From assembly GCA_029856435.1 (NCBI GenBank), contig JAHQXB010000179.1:1-40989 (forward strand): a DNA stretch of 40,989 bases. Direction: 5' to 3'. The notes beneath the pieces are model-generated. The model was given only the letters and a program-made list of their open reading frames with translations, was not told the origin of the DNA and searched no databases. Made by a program: the position numbers and the translations under genes. The DNA comes from Candidatus Jordarchaeia archaeon (GTDB lineage: Archaea > Asgardarchaeota > Jordiarchaeia > Jordiarchaeales > Jordiarchaeaceae). Positions 9,391-18,068 of this stretch are shown here, one piece after another. Within the stretch, counting starts at the first letter, position 1, and each line of letters opens with the position of its first letter.

Positions 9391-9990
9391 TTAATAGATG
9401 CTGTATCTCTCCTCTCTCCAGGGGTCACCATGATTGTGGTACCCACGTTCTTCCCAAAATCCCCTCTTATCCTTCTCCATAAACTCCACGCCAGTTACCC
9501 ATTTTGCGCTTTTCCAGAAATACAGTCTGGGAACTACTAATCTCACTGGGTAACCGTGGGCTGGTGTGATTGTTTCTCCGTCGTGTTTGACGGCAAACAA
9601 GGCGTCCAGTTGGAAGAAGTCGCTAATAGTCAGGTTAGTTGTGTACCCTCCCACCGAGTGAACCATAACGAATTTAGCTTCTGGAAGTATATCCACAAGT
9701 TCTTTTATGACACTGGTGCTCACTCCCTCCCAGAGATTATTAAGTTTGGACCAGCCAGTAACACAGTGAACATCTGAGAACACCTTCACCATGGGAAGCG
9801 ACATAAACTCCTCATAATTAAGGATTCGTTCTTTTCTCACTAAGCCCCAAATTCTAAATGTCCACTTTGAAACATTTATCTCAGGTATCCCTCCATAGTG
9901 AAGAACCGGCAATTTCTCTACGACTCTCTGACCTGGAGGAACCCTATCCTCCCTTTCAGTGGCAGGGCTTCTAATAATCCTTTTTTTCAT
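9391..9990 (-). CDS. Sulfite oxidase-like molybdopterin-dependent oxidoreductase (MsrP/YedY-like, single domain)
   Basis: DVHCVTGWS (Mo-ligating Cys), HGYPVRLVVPRLYFWKSAKW, GFWEERGYH..GDPW.EERY. Confidence 0.9.
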   Translation of the reverse strand: MKKRIIRSPATEREDRVPPGQRVVEKLPVLHYGGIPEINVSKWTFRIWGLVRKERILNYEEFMSLPMVKVFSDVHCVTGWSKLNNLWEGVSTSVIKELVDILPEAKFVMVHSVGGYTTNLTISDFFQLDALFAVKHDGETITPAHGYPVRLVVPRLYFWKSAKWVTGVEFMEKDKRGFWEERGYHNHGDPWREERYSIY

Positions 9991-10255
9991 AATCTACCCT
10001 CATTTAGAAAAACTTCTTTTCTGTTTTTAGAGGACACATCCAAGTTTTAAAGTCTTCTTATGACCTTTTAAACAATTCACTTCATTTAAACTCGATCCAT
10101 CACTCTTTTACAACTTTCGTGTTTCTTCTTGTTGCTCTTTGTTTCTTCTGGTGTCAATTCAGACTTCCTAAAATTTAGGCAGAAAAGCTTTCCCCCAAAT
10201 ATCACTTCTGATTGTGCCAAAAAGAAAGAATTAATCGAAGGGTTTGGAATGCGGG

Positions 10256-12412
10256 TTACACTACTTGTCTGAATCCTTCATATTGTGTCATGCCTACAAT
10301 TCCTGGAGACATGGTATAACATCTAGCCATAGATATGTACTTGTCTGGAAGACTTCCCGAGAAGGGCACCATAATACATTTTTGGGTGTACACTCCTCGA
10401 AAGGCTTCCATGGGGTCATTTGAGTAGGTTGACTCTGCCTTAAATAAGCTAATCTCTGTCTCATCGTCTCTAATTTCTTTGAATGATCGAATCTTTCCAT
10501 CTCCCGCTAGGATTAAGCCTTTTTTGCCATCGGATATAGCCAGCCAATCATTAACAAAGGGATGGAACTTTCTATTACCGCTAACCTCTAATGGGACCAG
10601 GCAACTTCCCAAGTCTCTCCAGAGCTTCCTCGGCCTATTTATACCCGGTCTAATATTTAAAGGCTCGATACGCCCCGCATGGCTACCTCTCACATCAACT
10701 TGGCTTTCTACCTCCAGTAAAGGAAGGCCGCGATAAACTCTGAACTTCGTAGATATGCTGGAACTATTAGTTAATCTCCTAGTGTATTTAACTTCGGCAA
10801 AAACACCCCTGCTTCCCCTGTTTGACACTTCCAGCAAGGGAGCTGATTCCAACGAATCTTCATCTAAAAAGAAGGCTAAAGAATCTATGAACGCTTTGCC
10901 CTCCACACCATAAACAGTACCTTCAGACTTGTCAACCAGCCGCAAAGGAACTCCCTCCTCAAACTGTAGCTCAACCAGTTCGTTGCCCAAAACCTTCTCC
11001 GAAACTGAGAAGGTGTTTTTACCGATAACTTCCGCTTTACCTCTAACTATTCGGGCTGTGGCAATCTCTCCGGGCTTTAAACCTCCAATGTAAACTAGGT
11101 TCGCCTCATTTAGTGTTCCATCAAAATGGTTTCTGAAACTTGTAAAATCACAAGCAACAGTTTCTCCCCTAACTTGAAAAATTAGCTCCTCCATTTTTAG
11201 AACCCGGTCTTCCAGCTTGATTCCAATGTTTAGAGGCATAAGTGGCACCTCATACGGGTGGTAATTAAAAATTAGATATCTTTTGAGAGAATCTCTTGGG
11301 AAATCAAAGTTCAATCTTGAAAAAATCTTTTCACTGGCAAATGCACCCGCAATACTTGCGATTTCAAAGGCGTATCGGTACTCATATTCTCCCTGAAACC
11401 TCTTATAGGGGCAGGGGGCCCAACCTAATTTGTCCGAGTTTTGGCCCAAAAGGAGCCACTTCTTCGCCTCCTCTAATTCACGTTCCTCTCCACTCACATC
11501 GATACCCTGATTTTTAGCCCAATTTATCCAGAACTCGGCTTTACGTATTTCCTGTCTAACGTTTTCATTCAAGGTCCATAAATGCTGATCCCAAGGGTCT
11601 CTAACCCAAAGCAGGTGGTCGTAGGGACCTGTAACCCATGTTAAATCCTGGACTTTTAAACGTCTTCCCACTTTTGCTTTGCGTATAAAATCGCTGCAAA
11701 GAGTGTACTTCACATATTTCAGCTTTTCAAACTCTCTTATGTATTCTTCAAGTACATCCGTTCGCAAAACCTCAGCGTCTTCCAAGATTACAACTAGAAC
11801 ATCGCCAAACTTGTGATCTCTCATTTCTTTTATCTTGGAGACTGGATCCTCCACAACACCAGTTATAAACAACACACAAGGAATAGTGGTTTCCCCATCA
11901 AAGGCCACCAACTCATGCATTCTATAATCCAAGTCTGATAGGTCTTGCATCCAGTTGCGAACCGCAGCCATTTGGGTTATAAAGTACTCTATGTCGTTTC
12001 TCCGAAGAAGGATGGGCATAGCAGAGTGATAGGAGCACTCCTGGGCAAAATATCCCCTGGAGACACGTTTAAAAGTTTCACTTAAGGTTTTCAGTGCCAA
12101 CTTGTGCTGAAAATCAAATTCTTCACCCGTATGCATGGAAGGAAGACTAAAACTCCATGTGTCCAGCAAAATTTCAAACTGTCCCCTCTCAATACCTTTA
12201 TTAAGTCTCTCAATAACATCGGGAGCGGCTCTCTTAAGAAAATTAATGGATCGGGAAGACTCAATATCCCATCCCGCCCTAATCTCAGGGAAGCGGTCAA
12301 AAAAGTCCAGCAAAGCCCTATAAACGTTTGGGAAACGCCTAATCACTTCCTCATCCGTATACTCTGCATAAAACATGTTCAAGTGGAAGTGAAAATTCAC
12401 ATACACCGTCAT
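10256..12412 (-). CDS. Glycoside hydrolase family 57/38-like protein (N-terminal (beta/alpha)7 barrel plus beta-rich C-terminus)
   Basis: NFHFHLN (region I-like), GQFEILL (II), GYFAQE (III, putative nucleophile Glu), VILEDAE (IV), LLGQNSDKLGW (V-like); 718 aa. Confidence 0.65.
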   Translation of the reverse strand: MTVYVNFHFHLNMFYAEYTDEEVIRRFPNVYRALLDFFDRFPEIRAGWDIESSRSINFLKRAAPDVIERLNKGIERGQFEILLDTWSFSLPSMHTGEEFDFQHKLALKTLSETFKRVSRGYFAQECSYHSAMPILLRRNDIEYFITQMAAVRNWMQDLSDLDYRMHELVAFDGETTIPCVLFITGVVEDPVSKIKEMRDHKFGDVLVVILEDAEVLRTDVLEEYIREFEKLKYVKYTLCSDFIRKAKVGRRLKVQDLTWVTGPYDHLLWVRDPWDQHLWTLNENVRQEIRKAEFWINWAKNQGIDVSGEERELEEAKKWLLLGQNSDKLGWAPCPYKRFQGEYEYRYAFEIASIAGAFASEKIFSRLNFDFPRDSLKRYLIFNYHPYEVPLMPLNIGIKLEDRVLKMEELIFQVRGETVACDFTSFRNHFDGTLNEANLVYIGGLKPGEIATARIVRGKAEVIGKNTFSVSEKVLGNELVELQFEEGVPLRLVDKSEGTVYGVEGKAFIDSLAFFLDEDSLESAPLLEVSNRGSRGVFAEVKYTRRLTNSSSISTKFRVYRGLPLLEVESQVDVRGSHAGRIEPLNIRPGINRPRKLWRDLGSCLVPLEVSGNRKFHPFVNDWLAISDGKKGLILAGDGKIRSFKEIRDDETEISLFKAESTYSNDPMEAFRGVYTQKCIMVPFSGSLPDKYISMARCYTMSPGIVGMTQYEGFRQVV

Positions 12413-12639
12413 AGCTAAACCTTCTTCTCAAAACAATTTAAATGTCGAATAACGAAATTATTTTTCCTACCACGCAAAGATTTCAGATTACTCACGTATT
12501 CTCACTATTTTAGTTTTTCTATAATTAGAGGTGTAAGCAAGTACTCCATTACAGAATGTATAGATGTGAGAGAAACTAGCGTCGTTAAATAAGCTTGTCG
12601 AAAACCATCACGCCGCATTTAGGGGTAACTTTTAGTAAT

Positions 12640-12776
12640 ATATAGATTTTCTTATTAATTTTTTCTAAACCTCTCCTTAACCCGAGGGGGTTATTTAAGG
12701 CTTCTTTCCCCAAAAAAGGCGGAAAAAACCATATTTTCTGAAAGCGAAAAGGAAAAAATTAAATGGAAGGTCTATA
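12640..12776. mobile_element. MITE-like element family 1, copy 2
   Basis: Direct-orientation copy of 6555-6690 with a few substitutions and indels (roughly 90% by eye); ends TATAG...CTATA; lies 66 bp upstream of the Gfo paralog B start. Confidence 0.75.
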
Positions 12777-12842
12777 GGAAAAAATAAACTAAAGATGTGA
12801 GAAAATTTATTACACTTACCCATTTTTAAGGAGTATGAAACA

Positions 12843-13952
12843 ATGAGACAAGTGAAAATTGGTGTTTTGGGATGTGGGACAGCAGCTCATTTTCATGCTT
12901 CAGCATGTAAATACTTGGACAATATTAGGCTAGTGTCTGCCTTTGATGTGAACTATGAAAACGCTAAGAAATTGGCTGATATTTACAATCTAACAGTAAG
13001 CAGAAATTACCAAGACATTATGAAAAATGAGAATATTGATGCAGTCCTCATAACCCTCCCCCACTACCTGCACGCCGAGCTAACCATCACAGCGGCAGAG
13101 GCTGGCAAACACATTCTCTGTGAGAAACCTATGGCTCCAACCCTGGAAGAGTGTGACAAAATGATAAAGGCGGCAAGAAAGGCTGGAGTTAAACTTATGA
13201 TAGCAGAAAATCACCGCTTCCTACCCGCACATCAACTCATCAAAAAAACACTGGAATCAGGGCTAATAGGAACCCCCTTACTTGTAAGAGGTTATGAAGG
13301 TGTAGATGAAACTCCGGATCTTGCAAAGCCTGAACATTGGAAGGGCTCACCAGAAAAAGCAGGCGGCGGCGTGTTAATGGACGCAGCAGTGCACAAATTC
13401 GCCATACTGAATTGGATGTTAGGAGATGTTCATTCAGCTTACTGCTGGCTAGCTAAACAGATTATAAAACTGCAGAATAAGGCAGAAGACAACGCCATGA
13501 TGCTTCTAAAATTTGAAAATGGTTGCGTTGGGAGTGTTGTTGTGAGTGACACGGTGTTTAGCCCTCCGAACAACAGGCTGGAATTTTATGGAACAGAGGG
13601 AACCATTCTGGAGGATCACTCCTGGAAAAAACCGGTACAGATTTTCTCAACTAGTAAGGAAGCTGGCGAACACAGGTACCAGTGGTTCAGCCCTGACGTA
13701 GAGCACGAGCCTTTTCCAATGTATTACATTATCTCATTTAGAAACGAAGACGCACATTTCGCCGAATGTGTACTCGACGGCAGGGAGCCAGACTTCTCCC
13801 CCGAAGAGGCAAAAAAAGCTGTAGAGGTGGCTCTTCTATGTTACCTATCGGCAAAAACGGGTAAAATAGTAACACGTTCAGACATAGAAAAAGTAGCAAT
13901 AAGCAAGGGAACCCAGAGCATAATTGAGGGTTTAGAGAAAATATACATATAA
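12843..13952 (+). CDS. Gfo/Idh/MocA family oxidoreductase (paralog B, close paralog of 206-1327)
   Basis: GVLGCG, LPHYLH, CEKPMAPTLEECD, GGGVLMDAAVH; same C-terminus as paralog A (KGTQSIIEGLEKIYI vs KGTHSIIEGLEKISI). Confidence 0.92.
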   Translation: MRQVKIGVLGCGTAAHFHASACKYLDNIRLVSAFDVNYENAKKLADIYNLTVSRNYQDIMKNENIDAVLITLPHYLHAELTITAAEAGKHILCEKPMAPTLEECDKMIKAARKAGVKLMIAENHRFLPAHQLIKKTLESGLIGTPLLVRGYEGVDETPDLAKPEHWKGSPEKAGGGVLMDAAVHKFAILNWMLGDVHSAYCWLAKQIIKLQNKAEDNAMMLLKFENGCVGSVVVSDTVFSPPNNRLEFYGTEGTILEDHSWKKPVQIFSTSKEAGEHRYQWFSPDVEHEPFPMYYIISFRNEDAHFAECVLDGREPDFSPEEAKKAVEVALLCYLSAKTGKIVTRSDIEKVAISKGTQSIIEGLEKIYI

Positions 13953-14035
13953 AAAGATGCAAAGATACTGGTGATTACCATCCATATTGTTCACTTTTCT
14001 CCTCAAGGACTCTCTCCCTGTCACCAATTTTCGAT

Positions 14036-14362
14036 TTAGAGCTCGAATTTTTTCAAAATTTCCCCGACAAGTTGTATTAACAGGTTTATTATGAATCCCT
14101 GATTTACCATATATCCTTCAGGCGTGCGGGTTATGAATCCTGTTTCCTCAAGCCTACGCGCCGCATTAGTAGCCGCCTGTTTCGAAATCCCCAGCTTATC
14201 CTTTATATCACTGGCAGAAACCGGTTCACTTTTCACGTTCTGAAGCAGAAGCTCCAAGATGGAATACATAGTTCTGGCTCTAGGATCAATTAACTTCTTC
14301 AATATGGTCTTGTAATCTCCCCCAATTGTCTCTCCTTCTCCAAATACACCTTCATCTTCCAT
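14036..14362 (-). CDS. Small winged helix-turn-helix protein (wHTH-5)
   Basis: ILELLL..PVSASDIKDKLGISKQAATNAARRLEETGFI...GYMVN; GGAGG upstream of ATG; C-terminal hydrophobic helix. Confidence 0.8.
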   Translation of the reverse strand: MEDEGVFGEGETIGGDYKTILKKLIDPRARTMYSILELLLQNVKSEPVSASDIKDKLGISKQAATNAARRLEETGFITRTPEGYMVNQGFIINLLIQLVGEILKKFEL

Positions 14363-14714
14363 TTGTCAAACCTCCAACACATTGAGTTAAATTTTAAATC
14401 ATAAACTATAATTCCTCTTGTTTTCTTTTCCCTACTCTTTATCCCCTTTAATCAGTGTTTATCACGATTTCCAGAATTTTAGCCATTAAGGATCTTCTAT
14501 TTGGGACATATCTTCCCTTCACTTGACTATTTGATTGAACCCATATTTAAACTACAAGAAGGCTAATAAACCCAAATCTTTCTATATTTTGAAGGAAGCC
14601 GCCGAGTACACCTCTAGTTTATAGAGAATTTGGTCCCGGGGTGGAAAACGCTCTTACCCGGAAAATTTTAATGGTCTGCAAATTTTTCCACTTTCAAGTT
14701 ACTCCTTCTTGGAT

Positions 14715-15026
14715 TCACCTCCTCTTCACTTCTCTCAATTTTTCAGCCATATCGCTTAGTGTGAAAAGAACCATAGCTAAAATAAATCCTACATTTGCCT
14801 CGTACTCCCCCCTACTCTTGGTAACAAGGAAACCAATTTTTTGCAATCTACTTAACGCATTCCAAGCTGTGCCCTCCGTAATTCCCAACTTTTCCACCAG
14901 CTCCTTAGGAGTCACAGGTTTAGTTGAGCAAAGTATGTACTCAATTATCTGAATGGAGGACTCACCCAGCCTCAATAATTTATTAAACGCCTCCTTGGAA
15001 CTAATCTGCTCTTCATCCTCACCCAT
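14715..15026 (-). CDS. Small winged helix-turn-helix protein (wHTH-4)
   Basis: YILCSTKPVTPKELVEKLGITEGTAWNALSRLQKIGFL..RGEYEAN; 4-bp gap to upstream paralog. Confidence 0.82.
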   Translation of the reverse strand: MGEDEEQISSKEAFNKLLRLGESSIQIIEYILCSTKPVTPKELVEKLGITEGTAWNALSRLQKIGFLVTKSRGEYEANVGFILAMVLFTLSDMAEKLREVKRR

Positions 15027-15030
15027 CCAA

Positions 15031-15330
15031 TCATCCCTTTTCTAACATTTTGATTAACTCCTGCACTTTAAACAGAAGAAGCGCGGTTAACAAACCCAAA
15101 TTAGGTTCATACTCCCCCCTACCAACTAGTCTAAGAAAACCATCTGCTTCTAAACGCCTGACAGTTTTCCAAACACTATTCTCCGTTAAACCCAAATTAT
15201 CCATAAGCTCCTTAGGAGTCACTGGCTTGGAGCTAGTTAGAATGTAGATGAGCACCTTATTTGCATTGTCCCTCATCCTCATAAGTTTGTCGAACTTGTC
15301 AAAAAGATTATCGCTATCCTCGGAACTCAA
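15031..15330 (-). CDS. Small winged helix-turn-helix protein (wHTH-3)
   Basis: YILTSSKPVTPKELMDNLGLTENSVWKTVRRLEADGFL..RGEYEPN; 29/51 identical to wHTH-4 over the core. Confidence 0.82.
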   Translation of the reverse strand: MSSEDSDNLFDKFDKLMRMRDNANKVLIYILTSSKPVTPKELMDNLGLTENSVWKTVRRLEADGFLRLVGRGEYEPNLGLLTALLLFKVQELIKMLEKG

Positions 15331-15357
15331 AAAGCAGCCCCCATTCCTAAATAGGCC

Positions 15358-15636
15358 CTACTCCAAATTCCTTAATCTACGCTCATGGTCCAGCACAAGT
15401 TCCAGAATATCTAGGTTTGAAGTGTAACCAGTGGAATTACCATTCAAGTTAACCTTCGAAACCAGCCCTTTACTAGTCAACCTAGTAAGATACTTTCCCA
15501 CATCGTTGAGCTGCATGCCCAGAATATCCGCTATCTCAACTGGCCTTAAGGGACGGTGCGAAGTGGATAGAAGCGATAGAACCTTTAGACTGCCACCTCG
15601 GAGCCGCAGCACCGTATCGTCTAATAGACCACTCAA
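15358..15636 (-). CDS. Small winged helix-turn-helix protein (wHTH-2)
   Basis: VLSLLSTSHRPLRPVEIADILGMQLNDVGKYLTRLTSKGLVSK. Confidence 0.8.
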   Translation of the reverse strand: MSGLLDDTVLRLRGGSLKVLSLLSTSHRPLRPVEIADILGMQLNDVGKYLTRLTSKGLVSKVNLNGNSTGYTSNLDILELVLDHERRLRNLE

Positions 15637-15656
15637 CCTTGCTTTTCACCTCCCAC

Positions 15657-15953
15657 TCACTTTGTGTATTCTTCAAGACTCTTACCAGCATAACCACTAA
15701 CCTTAGAACCTAAAAGAAAAGTTAGAAACGCCTTACAGAAGGCATAAACATTGACCTCATACATGCCACGCTCAACCTTATTCAAAAGACGCGCCTTATT
15801 CAAATAGTGGATAGCAATATTCGCAGCATTAAGGCTGATATTCAGCCTTTCCGCTATCTCTGAAGCTGATAAGGGTCTACCCTCATCCAACATAAGGTTT
15901 ACAATATCCAAACGTGTTTTTGATCTACCCAAACCTAGTAATTCATCTATCAT
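15657..15953 (-). CDS. Small winged helix-turn-helix protein (wHTH-1; ArsR/TrmB-like)
   Basis: TRLDIVNLML..RPLSASEIAERLNISLNAANIAIHYLNKARLLNKVERGMYEVN. Confidence 0.8.
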   Translation of the reverse strand: MIDELLGLGRSKTRLDIVNLMLDEGRPLSASEIAERLNISLNAANIAIHYLNKARLLNKVERGMYEVNVYAFCKAFLTFLLGSKVSGYAGKSLEEYTK

Positions 15954-16140
15954 CTAGGACGCCTCGAAATCATCACTAATTTTCCCGTAGGTGAGACGAA
16001 TAAACCTGTCAATATTATTTTATTTATTTCTAAACGAGTGGAAGTGGTGGTTTTTGTATGAAATATTATATATCCTGTATATATATTTTATGGTCTTTTC
16101 AGAAATATCCCCTTAAAGCACAATACGCACAACATAGCTA

Positions 16141-16180
16141 CTATCACAATCATTCAAATTTATTTATAAATAATGATAGG
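16141..16180. promoter_or_regulatory. 40-bp box copy 1: CTATCA-N27-TGATAG enclosing TTTATAAA
   Basis: CTATCACAATCATTCAAATTTATTTATAAATAATGATAGG; 32/40 identical to 16326-16365. Confidence 0.6.
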
Positions 16181-16325
16181 AATAAGCTTGTCCTCCGGAC
16201 CAGCCAGCAGACCAGTAAAATTGTTCAAAAAGCATCCAAACTTTCCCCAAAACATCATACTTTCTTCTTTTTTGCTCCTGCCACTTTAACAATTTTAAGA
16301 AAGTTTTTTCAGTAAATGAGAAGTC

Positions 16326-16365
16326 CTATCACAAAAATCGCATTTTATTTATATATTATGATAGG
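16326..16365. promoter_or_regulatory. 40-bp box copy 2: CTATCA-N27-TGATAG enclosing TTTATATA, upstream of herA
   Basis: CTATCACAAAAATCGCATTTTATTTATATATTATGATAGG; same half-site spacing as copy 1. Confidence 0.6.
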
Positions 16366-16433
16366 TTATCCTTCCATTAATTCAAAAATTTTTTGTGTTT
16401 TCCACTAAATTTAAATAGTGGTTCTCCTATAAA

Positions 16434-18068
16434 ATGAACAAGTTAAAACCCTACAGGGTAATTTGTATGACGGTTGAGGAAACAGGCCTCGAAACATCCG
16501 TGCTGCGAGCCGTTATGAGCTCCGAAGTCGAAGAATATGAGTATTTGCGTTCAAAAGAACAAATCTTGAAGGGCGCCTCTCCCGTAGGTTTCGTAACAAG
16601 TCCAACCAGCACTAAAAAGTGCGATTTCGCAGTCTTCGACTACGCCACGGATTATGTTTATGAGGGCCAACTCCTCACCGTCAGCCACCAAAAAACTAAA
16701 GTAATCGGGCTAGTTTCAAACCTTTTCGCTGCCACAAGAGGGGCAACCACAGACGTTTTGAACTACTTCTCCAGCCTTTACGGTGAAGTACCCCGACTAG
16801 ATCAAAATATGAAGTTCGGCGAACTCCGCATATATGGAATTCCCGCCCATCCCGGAGTGCGCAGGTTATCCCACCCCCCCAAACCCTGCTCCCCCATATT
16901 CATATCTAACAAGGAAGATTACGAAGCCCTCTTCCGAGATCCCGCTAGGGAGGGAGAATACTATCCTGTGGGTAAGATTCGCGAAACCGATTACCCCGTG
17001 GATCTGGACGCCTCGGCTATACTACGTTTGGGGGTGGGAATATTTGCTCGTATAGGTATGGGCAAGAGCGTTACCACTGCGGCTAATATTGTGGGGTTAT
17101 CCTCTCTGAAAAAGAAAGTTAATGTTATAGTTTGGGATCATACTGGTGAATATGCTACCAGCAATCTGGACAAGTTGTGTAGCAATTTCCAGGTGATGTC
17201 TAGTTTAGAATTACCGGTGGTTCCTACAGATGCTAACGATATTGTTAAAACTCTGGCATTAGATGTGCTTCCCTCTCAGGCTAGGAAGGCTGTAGAGGTG
17301 GCGGCGGATATTTTCGTTATGGATTTTACGTGTGGCGCTGCGGAACTCAACAGTGAATGTTTTATGTCCTACGTGAATGAGTGGCTAGACGAATTCTATA
17401 AAAAAGATGGTTCTATAAGCAGCTGGAGTGCGGCCATACGGCGTCGGGTTAAATTGCTGGGTAAAGATATTTTTGCAGGGGGCAGCGTGGATCAGTACAA
17501 CACAATTTGGAAGAGGGCTGCTGGAAACATATTGGTTATTGACGCTTCTTGTGACACATTGGATGCTAGACAGGCTAAGATTGGAACCATTGCGGATTTG
17601 ATTCTTCGAAACAGATACCCGATTCACCTAGTAATTGACGAGGCGAAAAACTATATTCCTGAGATGGGTGGCTCCTACGGTCAAATAACTGTTGGAAAGC
17701 CCTACCTTTCCTCAGGAAAAATAACAAGCCTTTCTGAGGAGGGCCGCAAGTTCGGGGCAAACCTAACCATCATTAATCAAAGAATATCCCGAATCTCAAA
17801 AACAGTCTTCTCAAACCTCAGCACCCTTTTCTGTGGCTGTTTAACAGCAGCAAATGATATGAGAGCCATAGAAGACTACACCGATTTTCCAGAGATTCAA
17901 AAGATTCTTCCTCGTTTGGGGGTGGGAGAGTTCCTGATAGCTGGTATGGCCACTCCGCTGAAGGACCCTCTCTGTGTAACCATTGAAAAGGGAGACATAC
18001 AGCTGGGCTACGGCGGAAACACAGTCTTTGATCTCCATAGGGACTTCGCGGAGAGGAATAGAATGTGA
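16434..18068 (+). CDS. herA: HerA/FtsK-superfamily ATPase (DUF87-type), HerA paralog
   Basis: Walker A ARIGMGKS, VWDHTGEY, Walker B LVIDEAKNY, EEGRKFG (Arg finger), INQRIS..VFSNLST; HAS-barrel-like N-terminus; true start may be the second Met (MTVEE). Confidence 0.88.
   Translation: MNKLKPYRVICMTVEETGLETSVLRAVMSSEVEEYEYLRSKEQILKGASPVGFVTSPTSTKKCDFAVFDYATDYVYEGQLLTVSHQKTKVIGLVSNLFAATRGATTDVLNYFSSLYGEVPRLDQNMKFGELRIYGIPAHPGVRRLSHPPKPCSPIFISNKEDYEALFRDPAREGEYYPVGKIRETDYPVDLDASAILRLGVGIFARIGMGKSVTTAANIVGLSSLKKKVNVIVWDHTGEYATSNLDKLCSNFQVMSSLELPVVPTDANDIVKTLALDVLPSQARKAVEVAADIFVMDFTCGAAELNSECFMSYVNEWLDEFYKKDGSISSWSAAIRRRVKLLGKDIFAGGSVDQYNTIWKRAAGNILVIDASCDTLDARQAKIGTIADLILRNRYPIHLVIDEAKNYIPEMGGSYGQITVGKPYLSSGKITSLSEEGRKFGANLTIINQRISRISKTVFSNLSTLFCGCLTAANDMRAIEDYTDFPEIQKILPRLGVGEFLIAGMATPLKDPLCVTIEKGDIQLGYGGNTVFDLHRDFAERNRM

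Noticed and set aside
10086-10220. 44-codon minus-strand ORF between the GH57-like and Mo-oxidoreductase genes
   Set aside because: TTG start, no RBS or motif; cannot be supported without homologs or Ribo-seq
14036-15953. wHTH genes as ESCRT-II (Vps22/25/36) or kite homologs
   Set aside because: Single-domain, regulator-like HTH pattern; no ESCRT-III, Vps4, SMC or kleisin genes nearby
16058-16315. 85-aa ORF in the wHTH/herA spacer
   Set aside because: AT-rich low-complexity translation overlapping the 40-bp box; more plausibly regulatory DNA
16141-16365. Resemblance of the CTATCA/TGATAG half-sites to the tet operator
   Set aside because: tetO has a 1-bp spacer versus 27 bp here, and no TetR gene is present; treated as coincidence
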